From Octopus vulgaris (taxonomy: Eukaryota), in contig OX597814.1 in NCBI GenBank assembly GCA_951406725.2, positions 203,608,001 through 203,672,000 of the forward strand: a stretch of 64,000 bases of DNA, read 5' to 3'. The translations under genes were made by a program, and so were the position numbers. Positions 11,190 to 23,947 of the stretch are shown piece by piece. The notes under the pieces were generated by a model. The model was not told the origin of the DNA, made no database searches, and saw only the letters and a program-made list of their open reading frames with translations. How positions within the stretch are numbered: the first letter of the stretch is position 1; each line of letters begins with the position of its first letter.

Positions 11190-12800
11190 GCTGTGTTGAA
11201 AGTTCAGTTGAGCTATAAAAAACATTAATGGCCATTTAGCCATTTCTCGTGGTATCCTGCAACAGATAGTTGATTTAGTACAGTGGGCACTGTTAGCTGC
11301 AATAATCAGACTTCTGTATTTTATTTAGCTGTTCTCCTACTATTTTGATGATACTAAAGTCATAAAGTTTGTGTCATATTGTCCTGTGATCAACCTTTGT
11401 CAAAAGCCTTTGCAAAGCCCTGGTACACGATGTCCAAATTTGAATAACTCGCCCAACAGCCATTGTTAATGCTACAGAAGCTGTGTGAAGCAGCTTCTGC
11501 CTGGCCAGAAACCATGCCAGGTATCGTTCAAGAAACTATTTTCCTTTAAGAACATAATCAATTTCTCATTGATGATTTGTTCAATTGCCTTCAGAGGTGC
11601 AGATCTGAACTTTTTGTATCAGCTCTGCTTTTTATAGGACACATGCCTGCCTTCAGGTTTTGGGGATTTTGATACTCTCCAGTAAACTTTGGCAAAGTAA
11701 CTAAAGTAACTTGCCTAGCACTTCTTTGCTTGCCTTTAGAAGAATTATGGGAAGCCATCAAGGCTAGCTACTGAATCTATACTCATTTTGCCTATGGCAG
11801 TTGATACAGCAGTTTCTTCTATGTTTATTCAACTGATGGTTATAACTCCTCCATGTAGGGCCACAATACTGAAAATCTGTTGGTTCAGCGATTTGTGTAC
11901 ATATGGGTGGAGAATATAGTATTGAATTTTTCATTATTTCATCTATTTTGTGGTGCACAGAAGATGACTGAAGGAAAGTTGGGATTTTTTTTTAATGTTT
12001 TCTATAACTCAGATTACCTTTTTTGATCTCTTCATAGAATGTTTTATTTTATTCTCAGTATCTATGAATAGTGCTTTTAGCTGTTTCCTTTATTTTCCCC
12101 TAGTATGTTTACTTAAAACACTGGAGACTTTTTAGCATCTCATAATAATTTTTCTATCTTAACGGATATTTTTTTAACATTAAACTTCCTCAATGGAACA
12201 TCTTTAATGTACATAGCTTGGATTACCAACAAAGATTCTTCTAGTTTTATGTCATTCTTTCATGGAGAGGGCTTGAGTCCAGTTTGTCTTACAAATTTCT
12301 TTTTCAATTGATTTTCCTTTGAACTTCATCAAAATTATCACATCAAAATATCTACAATATTATGATCAGAGAAGATTGGAGACATTACTTTTACATTGTG
12401 GGTGGTTTCTGTGTTATTTGTGAAGCAAAGATCCTGTGTGGTTAGCTCTAGTTGGTTAACTGACTATTTATTCTGTGCCAGTGAGATTAAGTACAGACTA
12501 TGTTTGTCTACAATCTTATGATATTCCTGAAAAAATCTGCCCTTCTGGCCACTTAAAGTTGGGATGTTTGAAGTAATTCAATAGTAGTGTATTGGTATTT
12601 TGGCCCAGATTGGATAATATTAATTTTAACTTATCCTGGCTTTCTTTAAGTTTTGTCATAACTTGAAGCATCTGGTGTGTGTGTGTGTTGTACATAATAA
12701 TTGTGTTCAGTCGTGTATGTACCATCAGTGTGTCACATAGTTTCTGTGTGACAGAGGTACTAATGTTATTATGTCTTAAGGGTTCTATCATGTCAGAATG
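11190..12800 (-). mobile_element. CR1-like LINE ORF2 (APE endonuclease and RT), degenerate
   Basis: Minus strand FKHPNFKW and DLCFTNN..IFSDHNIV (APE), then GLDGFP, HGFWPGRSCFTQL and DIVYQGFAKAFDK (RT). Confidence 0.8.
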
Positions 12801-13164
12801 GAAGAGAACATATTTCAGTATGTTTTGTTGTTAATATGTCTGCTGACTGCTATGTCTCTGCCAGTGTTACATATGTTAGCTCATTGCACATGGCAAAATC
12901 TCTGTGGTAGATAATTTTACTCCTATTGCTCAGTTGTAAAAGACCTAATATTTATGAAGAGAACTTATGTTGCATGCAAAGCACAGAATGTAGTCATTTG
13001 GGGTTTGTTTGTTGAGGTGGCTTTGTGTGCTGAATGCAGATTAGCTGCTGTACCATCATGAAATGTATGGATTTTGTTCTCTCAGAATATCTTGTCTCAT
13101 GCTGGTGGTGTGCTGCTTGTTCCTTTTAAGTGAGTGTATTGGCAACTGCTGATCAATTATTCCA

Positions 13165-15135
13165 TTTTTATCCTTGATCCCCTGCACAGCATTTCACCAT
13201 GCAGTCTTACATGGGTAGGCTTTCTCCAGCACTGCATGTCATCATTCATTGTGGTCCCCATCATCTCTGTAAAGTTCAACATCTTGAGACCAGTTTTCTT
13301 CACTTCATCTTCTTGTGTTGCTCTTTTCCACAAGTTACATCCACTTTGAGCACCCCTGTTGTCTTTTATATACATTTCATATCCATACCAGTGCAGTCTT
13401 TTGCACATCTGATCCCTGTTATACACTGCTTTTCTCTTGACAAATTTGTATGCTGTCATCCATGTACACTGACACTACATATCCAACAAAGCATGCTCAC
13501 TTTATTTCTGTCTACCTTCATGAATCCTCTGGGTTCCGTGTCCATGTCTCATCATTATGCAACATCACATCTCACATGCAGACATTATACACTTTCTCTT
13601 TCACCCTTTGTTACCAGCATATGTAATAGTCCCATGAACTTCTAACCCAATCTTATTGTGGCTACTCTGCTTTTGGGGCTACTAATTGGATCACCTAAAT
13701 AGTAGAAGCTATTATCTATTTCTAGGGAACCGTCAAAACATTTGAGAGAATTTGTTTCATATGTGCTCTTAGTTTTTAGAGCTCCTGAACATCTACTGCA
13801 ATTAAAGTCTACCTAACTCATTAGCCTGCCTCTAATTCCACTGCACCTCCTGTATGTCTATAATTTGCATTGAATGCACTAAATGGAATTTTTACCTGTT
13901 CCCTTCCTGTATATTGACCATAGCCATTTCATTGACGTCACTGTCTGGCCTTCTTCCCTACATACTATTTATCTTTGTGATGCTTGCTTTGAGCTTTCTT
14001 GATTCTAGGTTTTGCTTCCATGTCTAGAATTCTCTAATTCTATTATAGATTCAGATATAAGATAGGAGTTCCCATGGGCAGCCACATTAAATGTCTCTGT
14101 TATAGCCTGAAGGATTATGATAAATAAAAAGGGGCTGAGAAATAACTTCTGTTGGCCTCCTATCTTCATGCTAAACTCATTGCTATACTTTCTCATTGCT
14201 CTCACCTGGCTTAACAACACCCTTGTACTTGCAAAACCTTCACAAACCATTCATCTAATTGTAGCTTCTTTAGCTACAATTGACAAATGCTAGGTACAAT
14301 GATTTACTCCAAGCTAAATACTTCTGTAGTTGTTTCACTAGGAATGTGGTACCTCTTTCTAGTATAAAGTGAAACTGCATCTCATCTAGACTAATTTTGT
14401 TCCTAATCAGTTACACTATGACTCTGTAACTTTCAGAATTTAGTCAGTCAACTTGATACCTCTGCAATTTTTTATATGCTCTGCATTTCCTTTACACTTG
14501 TAGCAGTTGATGATGCTACATCAATCATTGGGTATAACACTTTTCTTGACCACTTTATTGACTATGCAGGTGATTAATAGAGTGCCCTACCCTACCAGAG
14601 ATTTTAATCATCACAGACCGATTGACCAGCAGACTTCCCCCAGTTTTCATATCCTTAATTGTCTAATCAACCTTACTACTATCGACTTGTATTGCTGGTC
14701 TGTTAGGTCTATTTGGGCCAGACTATCTCCTTCCCATATGTTCTATACATTTAACTACTTCTTATTGTAGCACTTCCATGCTTATTACAAGAGGTTATTA
14801 AATGTTGTCATTCCATATACACTTCTTCCCAACACCATCTTTATTTCTTCTAGCACACTATTTTGATCCAGACTACATCACATAACTGCTTTTATGTCAC
14901 AGAACTTGTTCAAATTTTTTACTTTCTGTTTCTCTCCTTGATAAGTACACCTGAAGCTTAGCTTTTCTTCTTGCTACTTGTTATTACTGTCTGCTGCCAA
15001 GCCTATTTATTTACTTTTGTAGCTTTGTCTCTCACTGTTTCAAAACCACATCACCTTCACTCTGGCTAGGTGTTTACCCCAACCGCAAGTTTGCTTAGTA
15101 GCTTTCAGCAGGTTGTCTCTTAGGAGCTTATATTA
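13165..15135 (-). mobile_element. RTE-clade LINE, old degenerate copy
   Basis: Minus strand CKRLHWYG..LKMLNFTEMM, FYYLGDPISS and LFIIILQAITE motifs. Collinear with the RTE copies at 16359 and 35821. Confidence 0.75.
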
Positions 15136-15667
15136 GGCATATCCACATGAGACAATGGAATTTCTTAAAAGAAATCTGATTTTATTTTGGTAGGACTGGC
15201 AAGAAAGAAAACTTGGTTAAAAATACAAACAGAAGAAAATTCATTAGAGTTAATTAATTAAATATTATAGCTAAGGATGGAATAAGTTAAATAGTAGATT
15301 GTAATTTTTACTTAACTTGCATTAAAAATGATAATCAATGATAATGAAAGCATATTACTTCCTTGAGTTAAAAAAATCAAAGGAATGAACAAATACACTG
15401 TAAACAAAGAGGACATTAGATAGAGGGTGGTGTCATACATGTCTGTATACACACACACACACACTGCATATTTGCATGCTCATGTCTTGACTACACACTC
15501 AGGCATACTAGCTCATATATAATGGGTTCACAATGCTGAGTAAGACAACATGCATTATCTCCTTTGTTGCTCTTATTTGATTACTATTTCTATTTGGTTA
15601 CTTCCAGTCATTCAAAAACTGCTATTTTCAACATGACACAGAACAAAATTTATTATTATCATTATTA

Positions 15668-15880
15668 AGGTGGTGAGCTGGCAGAATCATTAGCATGACA
15701 TGCAAAATACTTAGTAGCATTTCACCCGACTTCATGTTCTGAGTTCAAATTCCACCGAGGTCAACTTTGCCTTTCATCTTTTCTGAGTCGATAAATTAAG
15801 TACCAGTCAACTACTGGAGTCAATGTGATTGACTTACACCCTCCCTCAAAATTTCTGTTTTATCCTTACTTATTGCCAAA
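15668..15880 (+). mobile_element. tRNA-derived CORE-like SINE
   Basis: ggtggtgagctggcagaatcattagc..gagttcaaattcc..actttgcctttcatc..gataaattaagtaccag. Many copies occur in the window. Confidence 0.75.
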
Positions 15881-16358
15881 ATATTTCCTGAGGTCCATTA
15901 CTAAAAACTCTAATATTTTTGAATTGTGTTTCTTTTATTCTTTTAAGTCTTGATAAACAAATCTCTCATCAGCTTTATGGGTTAAAGGTACACTACAGCT
16001 GTTTCGGCTGTGTTTTTTATTAATGAATAATTCAATTACATTATAAAAAAAAAAGTTTTCTGCAGGTAAATTTATAATTCAGAATACCAAGATGTGGAAT
16101 GTGGATTGATCACATCTTGGTATTTTTTCTCTGAACCTAAGTTTGAATTTTGAATTCACCCGAAGAAAACATTTTTTGTTTTTCATGATGTAATCAAATT
16201 ATCAATAAAAAAATAGATCTGAATTAGCTGTAGTGAACCTTTAAACCTATTTGTGTTTTTATTCTATGTAAACACCATAAATGGGACTTTCTCTATGTTG
16301 AATCTGGAACTTACATTGGATAATGAAACTGCATGCTGGTGTATAATTTCATGCACAT

Positions 16359-17805
16359 ATAAAAAAAAAGGGTCTGGAAGCTTAAGGATCTTGTGAATGG
16401 ACAGAGATTTAGAGATGTATTACTCGAAGCTTTTGATGAAAAAGAGGAGGATATAGCATCATATAATGTGGAAGACAACTGGAGGTTTCTATCGGACAAC
16501 CGGTTGAGGGCTACTGAGCAGATCTGTGGATGGTGCAAAGTTCCCTCTCGACCTAAGGTAATGTGGTGGTGGAACAATGTAGTTGACAGGGCCATTAGGG
16601 GAAAAAAACAGGCATGGTAGGACTGGAAGACCAGTGGTAGCAGGGAACTGTATCAGATTGCCAGAAAGGGAAGCTAGGAGACAGGTTTACTTATCCAGAG
16701 GGGAAACAGATAAGAAAAAATTTGCCAATGTTCTGCGTCATGAGGACCAAAGACATGAAGTGTTTCATATTGCAAGACAGTTGTGTGAGAGAGAATCATG
16801 ATGTCATAGGAGAGAACTGTGTCCGCATGGATGATGGCTCACTTGCATTTAATGAGGCTGCAAAGAGAGAGACTTGGAGATGCCACTATGAAAGATTGCT
16901 AAATGAAGAGAATGAATGGGAGAGAGTCTGCCAAATGTCGACCCAACTGAGGGACCAGCTATCCGAATTGACAGTACCTTGGTAGATAAAGCAATTAAGG
17001 GTATAAACACAAAGAAAGCCCCTGGCCCATCAGGATCCCCCCAGAGATGCTTAAAATATCTGGCAGTGTAGCCTATAGTCTAGTCACCCATATAGTCAAT
17101 CAGGTGATGCATGAAGGAATCATACCTAATGACTGGTGTAGCAGCACCATAGTCAACTGCTACAGAAGTAAAGGTGATGCATTAGATACGAATAATTACA
17201 GAGATATCAAATTGTTGGATAAGGTGATGAACATCACGGAGAGGGTCATAGCCCAACTAATTAGGGAGAGAGTTAGTTTAGATGAGATGCAGTTTAAGTT
17301 TGTGCCAGGGAGAAGCATCACTGATGCTATATTTCTGGTAAGGCAAATGTCTAACTGACATGTAAAAAGCACCATTTGAGCATGATCGATGCCAGTGCCA
17401 CCTGACTGGCTAGCTCCTGTGCTGGTGGCATGTAAAAAGCACCATTTGAGCGTGGTCATTGCCAGTGCCACCTGACTGGCACCTGTGCTGATGGCATGTA
17501 AAAAGCACCATTTGAGCGTGGTCATTGCCAGTGCCACCTGACTGGCACCTGTGCTGGTGGCATGTAAAAAGCACCATTTGAGTGTGGTCAATGCCAGTGC
17601 CACCTGACTGGTCCCCGTGTTGCTGGCACATAAAAAGCACCCACTACACTCTTGGAGTGGTTGGCATTAGGAAGTGCATTTAGCTGTAAAAACCTTGCTA
17701 GATCAGATTTGAGCCTGGTGCAGCTTCCTGGCTTGCCAGTTCTCAGTCAAACCATCCAACCCATGCCAGCATGGAAAACAGATGTTAAACAATGATGATG
17801 ATGTA
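16359..17805 (+). mobile_element. RTE LINE insertion with 17-bp TSD, internally deleted, 3' UTR with tandem repeats
   Basis: MWWWNNVVDRAI, KAPGPSG, NYRDIKLLD and QFKFVPGRSITDAIFLVRQ, then about 63-bp repeats (17358-17642) and a (GAT)n tail. TSD tataatttcatgcacat at 16342-16358 and 17806-17822. Confidence 0.9.
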
Positions 17806-18019
17806 TATAATTTCATGCACATGCTTATTTGTATGTATATGTATATTTGTGTGCCTGTACATGTATGTGTAAGTGTATGCATATGTCCATCTATGCATAG
17901 GTATATATGGATGTGTTTGTATATATACAGATGTGCCTATCTTGACCCTCGCTTGGTGTCCTTCATATTAAAATATCTTTATTCTAATGAATCCTGATGT
18001 GTGTGTGTGTGTGTGTGTG

Positions 18020-18835
18020 CACTGGTGCCACATGAAAACACCCATGCTGGTGTCATATACAAGCTCCTGCGCCAGTACCATATGAAGGCACCCGTGCGGG
18101 TGACACATAAAAGCACCCATATCAGTACCACAAACAGACAAATGGAGCCCGTGCAGTTCTCCAGCTAGCCAGCTCCTGTCAAACCATCCAATCCATCCAG
18201 CATGAAGAACAGATATTAAAAGATGATCATGATGATATACATGAAAGATAGCAAGATCTTATGATATATATAACTCTTGGGTTTTGTAATCTTTTAAGCT
18301 GCATGGCAACCTCGCTAGTACTGGTGGCATGAAAACAGTATCTAGTATATGCCATAAAGTGCTTTGCATCAAGGAGAGGCATCCAGCCATAGAAACCATC
18401 CCAAAGTAGATAGTGGAGCCTGATGCAGTCCTTAGGCTTGTTAGATCCTGTCAAACCATTCAACCCATGCCAGCATGGAACATGGTCAATAACTGAGGTT
18501 GATTCAAAATCAAGATGAAAATCAAATCAAGATCGAAATCAAAATGGAAATTGTAGTTGTGGCCAATGCCACCTGACTGGCCCCCGTGCTGGTGGCACAT
18601 AAAAAGCACCATTTAAGCTGGGTCAATACCAATCCCCCACTCCTGACTGGCTCCCATGCTGGTGGAACGTAAAAAGCACCTACTACACTGATTGGCATTA
18701 GGAAGGGCATCCAGCTGTAGAAACCTTGCCAGATCAGATTGGAGCCTGGTGCAGCCCACTGGCTTGCCAGTCCCCAGTCAAACTGTCTAACCTATGCCAG
18801 CCTGGAAAACGGATGTTAAATGATGATGATGATGA
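18020..18835 (+). mobile_element. Cluster of three RTE/SINE 3'-tail copies
   Basis: Repeated gtgctggtggca..aaaagcacc, gggcatccagc..agaaacc and caacccatgccagcatggaa modules. Confidence 0.75.
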
Positions 18836-19464
18836 AACCCTTTTGCAATATATCTTCAATGCATAGATCAAAGTGAGATTAAGAATTGACCGTCTAATAT
18901 TAATTGGTTAAATTCTTTAGTTGTAAATCCTTTTTTCCATTTTTGAATAAACATCAAGAAACTTGATTTGTTTATGACAATCACATGAGATTGCCCAGCA
19001 ATTATTTATCAGGATTTTTTAAACTATAAATTATAACAGTTATCACTCATGTAGTGCATTTAGTCTGGTACTTATTTTTTCAAGTGACTGTCCACCTGTT
19101 GGTGAATGGGACATCACTAAAAGATATTTTTGCTCATTACACTAATTTATATCAGTATACATAAACATATATATGAAGATTTCCACAGGTTCTGTTTACT
19201 CAATTCTGCTCTCAGAACATTGCTCTACTCGAGTTATTTGTCTAAGGTGCTCTGCAAGGGAACTGAACATGGTTGCAAAGCAAAATCCCAAACTACATTC
19301 TATTGGTCAGTCATACTTTGCCTTTAAGACTAAAGGATCAATTTCGCATTACTTAGTCATTCTGTTAACTCATCTGAGTACTAAATGCCTAATATAACAT
19401 TAGAAATATACTTATAGTGTGTATTCAGGGTGCTTGAAATAATGTTTAAGAAATTGAGACTGGT

Positions 19465-19620
19465 GATTGTTGTTGTTAATTAACCTTAGTTCATCACTAT
19501 GCTCACAGATGTTGCATGTTTGTCCTTTCTAAGTATATCTAGGATTAATGTCTTTTTTATTTTTTTTAAGACAGTGTGTTGTGATTTGAAGGACATTTGG
19601 CTATTATTTCTAACAGGATT
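19465..19620 (+). repeat. Old interspersed repeat (family also near 22010-22150, 24890-24960, 31150-31450, 31665-31815, 43470-43750, 55220-55320, 56650-56780)
   Basis: Recurrent motif gtgatttgagggagatttggctgctatttctagcagg, in both orientations. Confidence 0.55.
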
Positions 19621-20559
19621 GCAGTGGATAGGCAGTTTTAGTCTCCAGAAGTTAAAATACTAGATTTAAATGTGTGGTCATTTTTCAATTCTCTGAATCT
19701 ATCCTCTTGAGAAAGGGCTTGTTTATACAAAAAAAAAAAAAACCATCCAAAAAACAAAACAAAAAACAAAACAAAACAAAATAAAACAACAAAGCTCCAT
19801 CATTGGGATTTAAAAATCAGTAACAGTAAATACAGTTAGATGTTAAACTTCAGAAAGTCTTGCATATTAATATTGTTCTGCTTATTGACTGAATTTGTTG
19901 GATGGTCTTTTTCTTTGTATAAAAAAAAAAAAAAATTAAAGATTATTGCTTGGACTTTTAGTGATAAAACTTAATGTTCCAATAATTACAGTGTTAAGAG
20001 GAATTTCTATTTTGGTGAAAAAAATACAACAAAAAAACAAAACAAAACAAAGCACTTGTTCAAAAATGCTACTTTTCTCACTGATTCTATTTGAAATATT
20101 CACATCCACTGGACTACTGACCTCAACAGTACACGATGCATATATATAGCTACAAGTTACTCAAAGAAAATAGTCGTTATAAAAATGCCTTTAAACGCCT
20201 ATATTCAGTGGAGTGCATAATAGATATATTTGGCTGGTGGCTTGGATGTGATTCTAAATGGTAGTTATTTTTTTTCCGTTACTTTTCTCAGCCTGCAACA
20301 GGCTGTCTGGTAGTGGATGAAATTCTTATTGCTAAGAATTGTAAATATTGAAGAACTCCATGCTTTGGTATTGATAGTATTGTGATCATCAGTCTTGATT
20401 TAATGTCTGTTTTGTTTTTCTGTCATAGGTTGGCTGGGTCATCAGTAAAGAATGTTTTTTCTAAGTCTCAGTTCAACATCACCTTTTGTGAATGCAGGAT
20501 CTTCTAAGATTACTTCCTCTGTATATACCTTATAACCATCTTGTTGCTCTTCTCATATT

Positions 20560-21560
20560 CAACTTTAGCAGAGATTTTTCCTTGTTGAACATAAATTTAG
20601 TCTTAATGAATTTAAGGGATCATGTAATACTCTTTGTGTTTGTCCCTTAGATTATATGAATTTCCAGTTTTTACACACATACACATAATTTTATGTACAT
20701 CTCTTTCCACAATCAGGTTAATCATTTCTTTTATCATTTAGGTGTAATATGTCAGTTTTAGCAATTAGTTAACTAGCAAATATTATTCGACAGGTATCAC
20801 TTGGATACACTTTACAAAAGTTTTGGTGTACATTTTCCTTTTTCAGCCATTATTTTGGTTTTGAGTAGAAATCTTTTATCGATGTTTTCTAAAGATATTT
20901 CGGATATATGACCAATATATGTTTATACATATGACATCTACTGTTATTTTCTCTTTTTTTTTTTGTCTTTTTGTAAAAACACTTGTCTGCATTGATTAAA
21001 TCACCCCACTCTTTGACACGAAACATTTTTTGATGTGCCATACTGCTAGAAGTACTTTCAGATTCAATGAAACACTTTTTTCTTTTGATTTTTTTTTCTG
21101 ACAATTTTAAACTATTTTTGTACTCTAGTGAAATATCTTTTATCTCAAATCTAAACCACATTTTTTGAGAAGTATATGTTGAGCTTTGGCAGATGACAAA
21201 CTACAAATTAATCTGTCTATTATTGTGTCAACCAAAAATGTTCCAACATATGAAATTTTTCAATTCGTAAAGGATAGTGAAGGTGATATAAATTTACAGA
21301 TTAGATGTTACATTTTTTTGGGATCAATAACTGTCAATAAAATTAAATGTTTCTTACCTATATTGTTTGTGTGGTTAGTTATGAAAACCTTCTTTATCCT
21401 TCCTACTAATTTTGATATAATAGTTTTTGATTCACTTATATATTTGTTATAATTAAAGTTAGCTTTCTTCTCTGCATATCCTTATAGTCTAGAAAACCCA
21501 TATTAATTAAATTTAATTATTTGTCCTCACTTTCTGAATCATTAATAATTTTTCTGTTTT
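20560..21560 (-). mobile_element. Possible highly decayed REL-endonuclease non-LTR element
   Basis: Minus-strand KTDILHLNDK/KEMINLIVE resembles KPDI..DK..KEI.LIEV, and LVGRIKKVFITN resembles the post-RT region. The match is weak. Confidence 0.25.
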
Positions 21561-23051
21561 TGGTTATTGTCAGACAAAGAATAAGTTTATTTGATCTGTT
21601 GAATGTTTAATAATTTAAGTATTACATCTTTAGCATTTATGTCTTACACTTAATTTCAATTCATTCAATCTTAGGCATCCTACTTATGTGTGCAGATGTA
21701 GGAAAATGGTTACTGAAATTCAGTGAATTGTACATTGAAACATAAAGTAAAATACAATCACATGAAAGATAAAAAAGTAACCATAGTGTAGTCAAGACTC
21801 TTTTGTCTTGTCAGAAACCTCTCTAGTGACAGTGGCATAATAAAATACACAGTCCATGCTGTAAAGTGGTTGGTTGGTGACAAGAATGGCACCCAACTAT
21901 AAAACGTAAAAAAAAACCCAAAAAAACAAAGATAACCAAGTCTTCTCAGTTGCAAGTGTCAGGTAATGAAAGATTGAGGATAAGTTACAAGACACTGTGG
22001 GACTATTTCAATTGTCAAACTGATTTATGAAAGATAATCTAACCAAGGTCATCTTGCCTTTCTCTCAAACATATTGCATCTTGGACTAACACCATATGTG
22101 TCCGTTTAATTTAAAGAGGATTTAGCCATTATTTCTAGATGGTCAAGCAACTGAATAAATGTTAATTGAAGCTAACTCAGCTGATCTATTTAGCTTTAAT
22201 TTTTGACTGTGTAACTTGCAGTAACTAGTGGTACATTGTTTTATTTTTTATATGTATGTTCTTGGTCAGTTAAAGTAAAACAAACTTTTTAACAGCCATA
22301 CATTGCATAAATGGTTATTTTCTACATGATCCCTACCTATATAATTCATCACTAATTCATTGGAAGTTCTTCATGTCTTCTACTCCTTTTATACTGATTT
22401 CTCATTATTGTGTTTCCTTTAGCAGCACGGTGTTTATCTATTCTCAGCACTCTTTAGTCCATCTCTGTCTATCCATGTAACAATCTCCTAATGTAGTAGT
22501 GTAGATAAATCCATATGTCTCTCATCTCATGACATTAGCTCATCTTCTTCCATTGTTCTCAGCCAATTGGAGATACAATCTTTGAATTTGTTGTTTCTGT
22601 CTATCTCTTTGTCTTATTGTAAAGTCAATTTAGTTCAATCCCTCAAGATTTGTTAATGTCCAGTAAATTGCTTCACTTGTATTGTACAAGGTAAGGTCAT
22701 TTATGTCACAGATCGCTAAGAAACTTGTTTTCTCGTCATGCTTTATGCTATGGCCACAGTGTCTCCATGCGCATTTATAAATCTCATCTGGTTTTCTTTT
22801 GACATGGTATGGAAGTCAGCTGCTACAATGAAAATGATTTTTCAGATATCGTAAGGGTATTTTCATTAATGTCTTGTAGAATTAAGCTTCTTGTTTGCTT
22901 ATTCTACTTGTGATGTAATTTATCTGTCTGTCTGTCATATATATATATATATTTATATCCAACCCATCATAATTCTAAAATGATAAATGAATTAGAATAT
23001 TTCATATTAATAATGTAATGCATTTGTTTTATTTTAAGCTTATATATATAT

Positions 23052-23445
23052 AGGTGCAGGAGTGGCTGTGTGGTAAGTAGCTTACTAACCACATGGTTCT
23101 GAGTTCACTCCCACAGCATGGATCTTGGGCTGCTGTCTTTCACTATAGCCTTGGGCCAACCAAAGCTTTGTGAGTGGATTTGGTAGAGGGAAACTGAAAG
23201 AAGCCTGTTGTATATATATATATATATGTGTGTGTATGTTTGTGTGTCTGTGTTTGTCCCTCCACCATCGCTTGACAACCAATGTTGGTGTGTCTACGTC
23301 CCCGTAACTTAGCAGTTCAGCAAAAAGAGACCGATAGAATAAGTAGTAAGCTTACAAAAAATAAGTTCTGGAGTTGATTTGTTCGACTAAAGGCGGTGCT
23401 TCAGCATGGCTGCAGTCCAGTAACTGAAACAAATAAAAGAAAAGA
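23052..23445 (+). mobile_element. Full-length tRNA-derived SINE (octopus OK/OR-like; family naming is inference)
   Basis: A-box tggctgtgtgg, B-box gagttcactccc, internal (TA)/(TG) tract and 3' ggcggtgct..cagcatggc..actgaaacaa. Near-identical copies at 40160(-), 50519 and 63557. Confidence 0.85.
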
Positions 23446-23456
23446 AAATATATATG

Positions 23457-23915
23457 CAGGCAGGCATGGCTGTGTAGTTAAGAAGCTTGCTTCCCACATG
23501 GTTTCAGATTTGCAATTGTCTTCCATAGCTCTGGGTTGACCAAAGCATTGAGCTGATTTGGTAGATGAAAGCTGTGTGGAAGTTTGTTGGTGGTGCATGA
23601 AGAGCTCCCTTGCTGGTGACACGTAAAAAACATCCATGCTGGTGACACATAAAAGGCACCCATGCCAGTGACACATAAAAGATACCCATGCTGTGATATA
23701 CAAAAAGTACCTGTACTGGTGATGTGTAGAAGGCACCCATGCCGGTGACATGTAAAAGGCACACACTACACTCATGGAGTGGTTGGCGTTAGGGAGGGCA
23801 TCCAGCTGTAGGAACCATGACAAATCAGATTGGAACCTGATGCAGCTCTCCAGCTTACCAGTTCCAGTCAAACTGTCTAACCCATGCCAGCATGGAAAAC
23901 AGATGCTAAATGATG
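23457..23915 (+). mobile_element. SINE with a tandem ~26-bp unit array and RTE-type tail
   Basis: SINE head, about 6 units like catgctggtgacacataaaaggcacc (23610-23765), then the GAT tail. Confidence 0.75.

Positions 23916-23947
<32 letters not shown>

Noticed and set aside
17358-17642. Regular ~63-bp repeats that superficially resemble a CRISPR array
   Set aside because: The intervening sequences are themselves near-identical rather than unique spacers, there are no cas genes, the context is eukaryotic, and the repeats lie inside an RTE 3' UTR.
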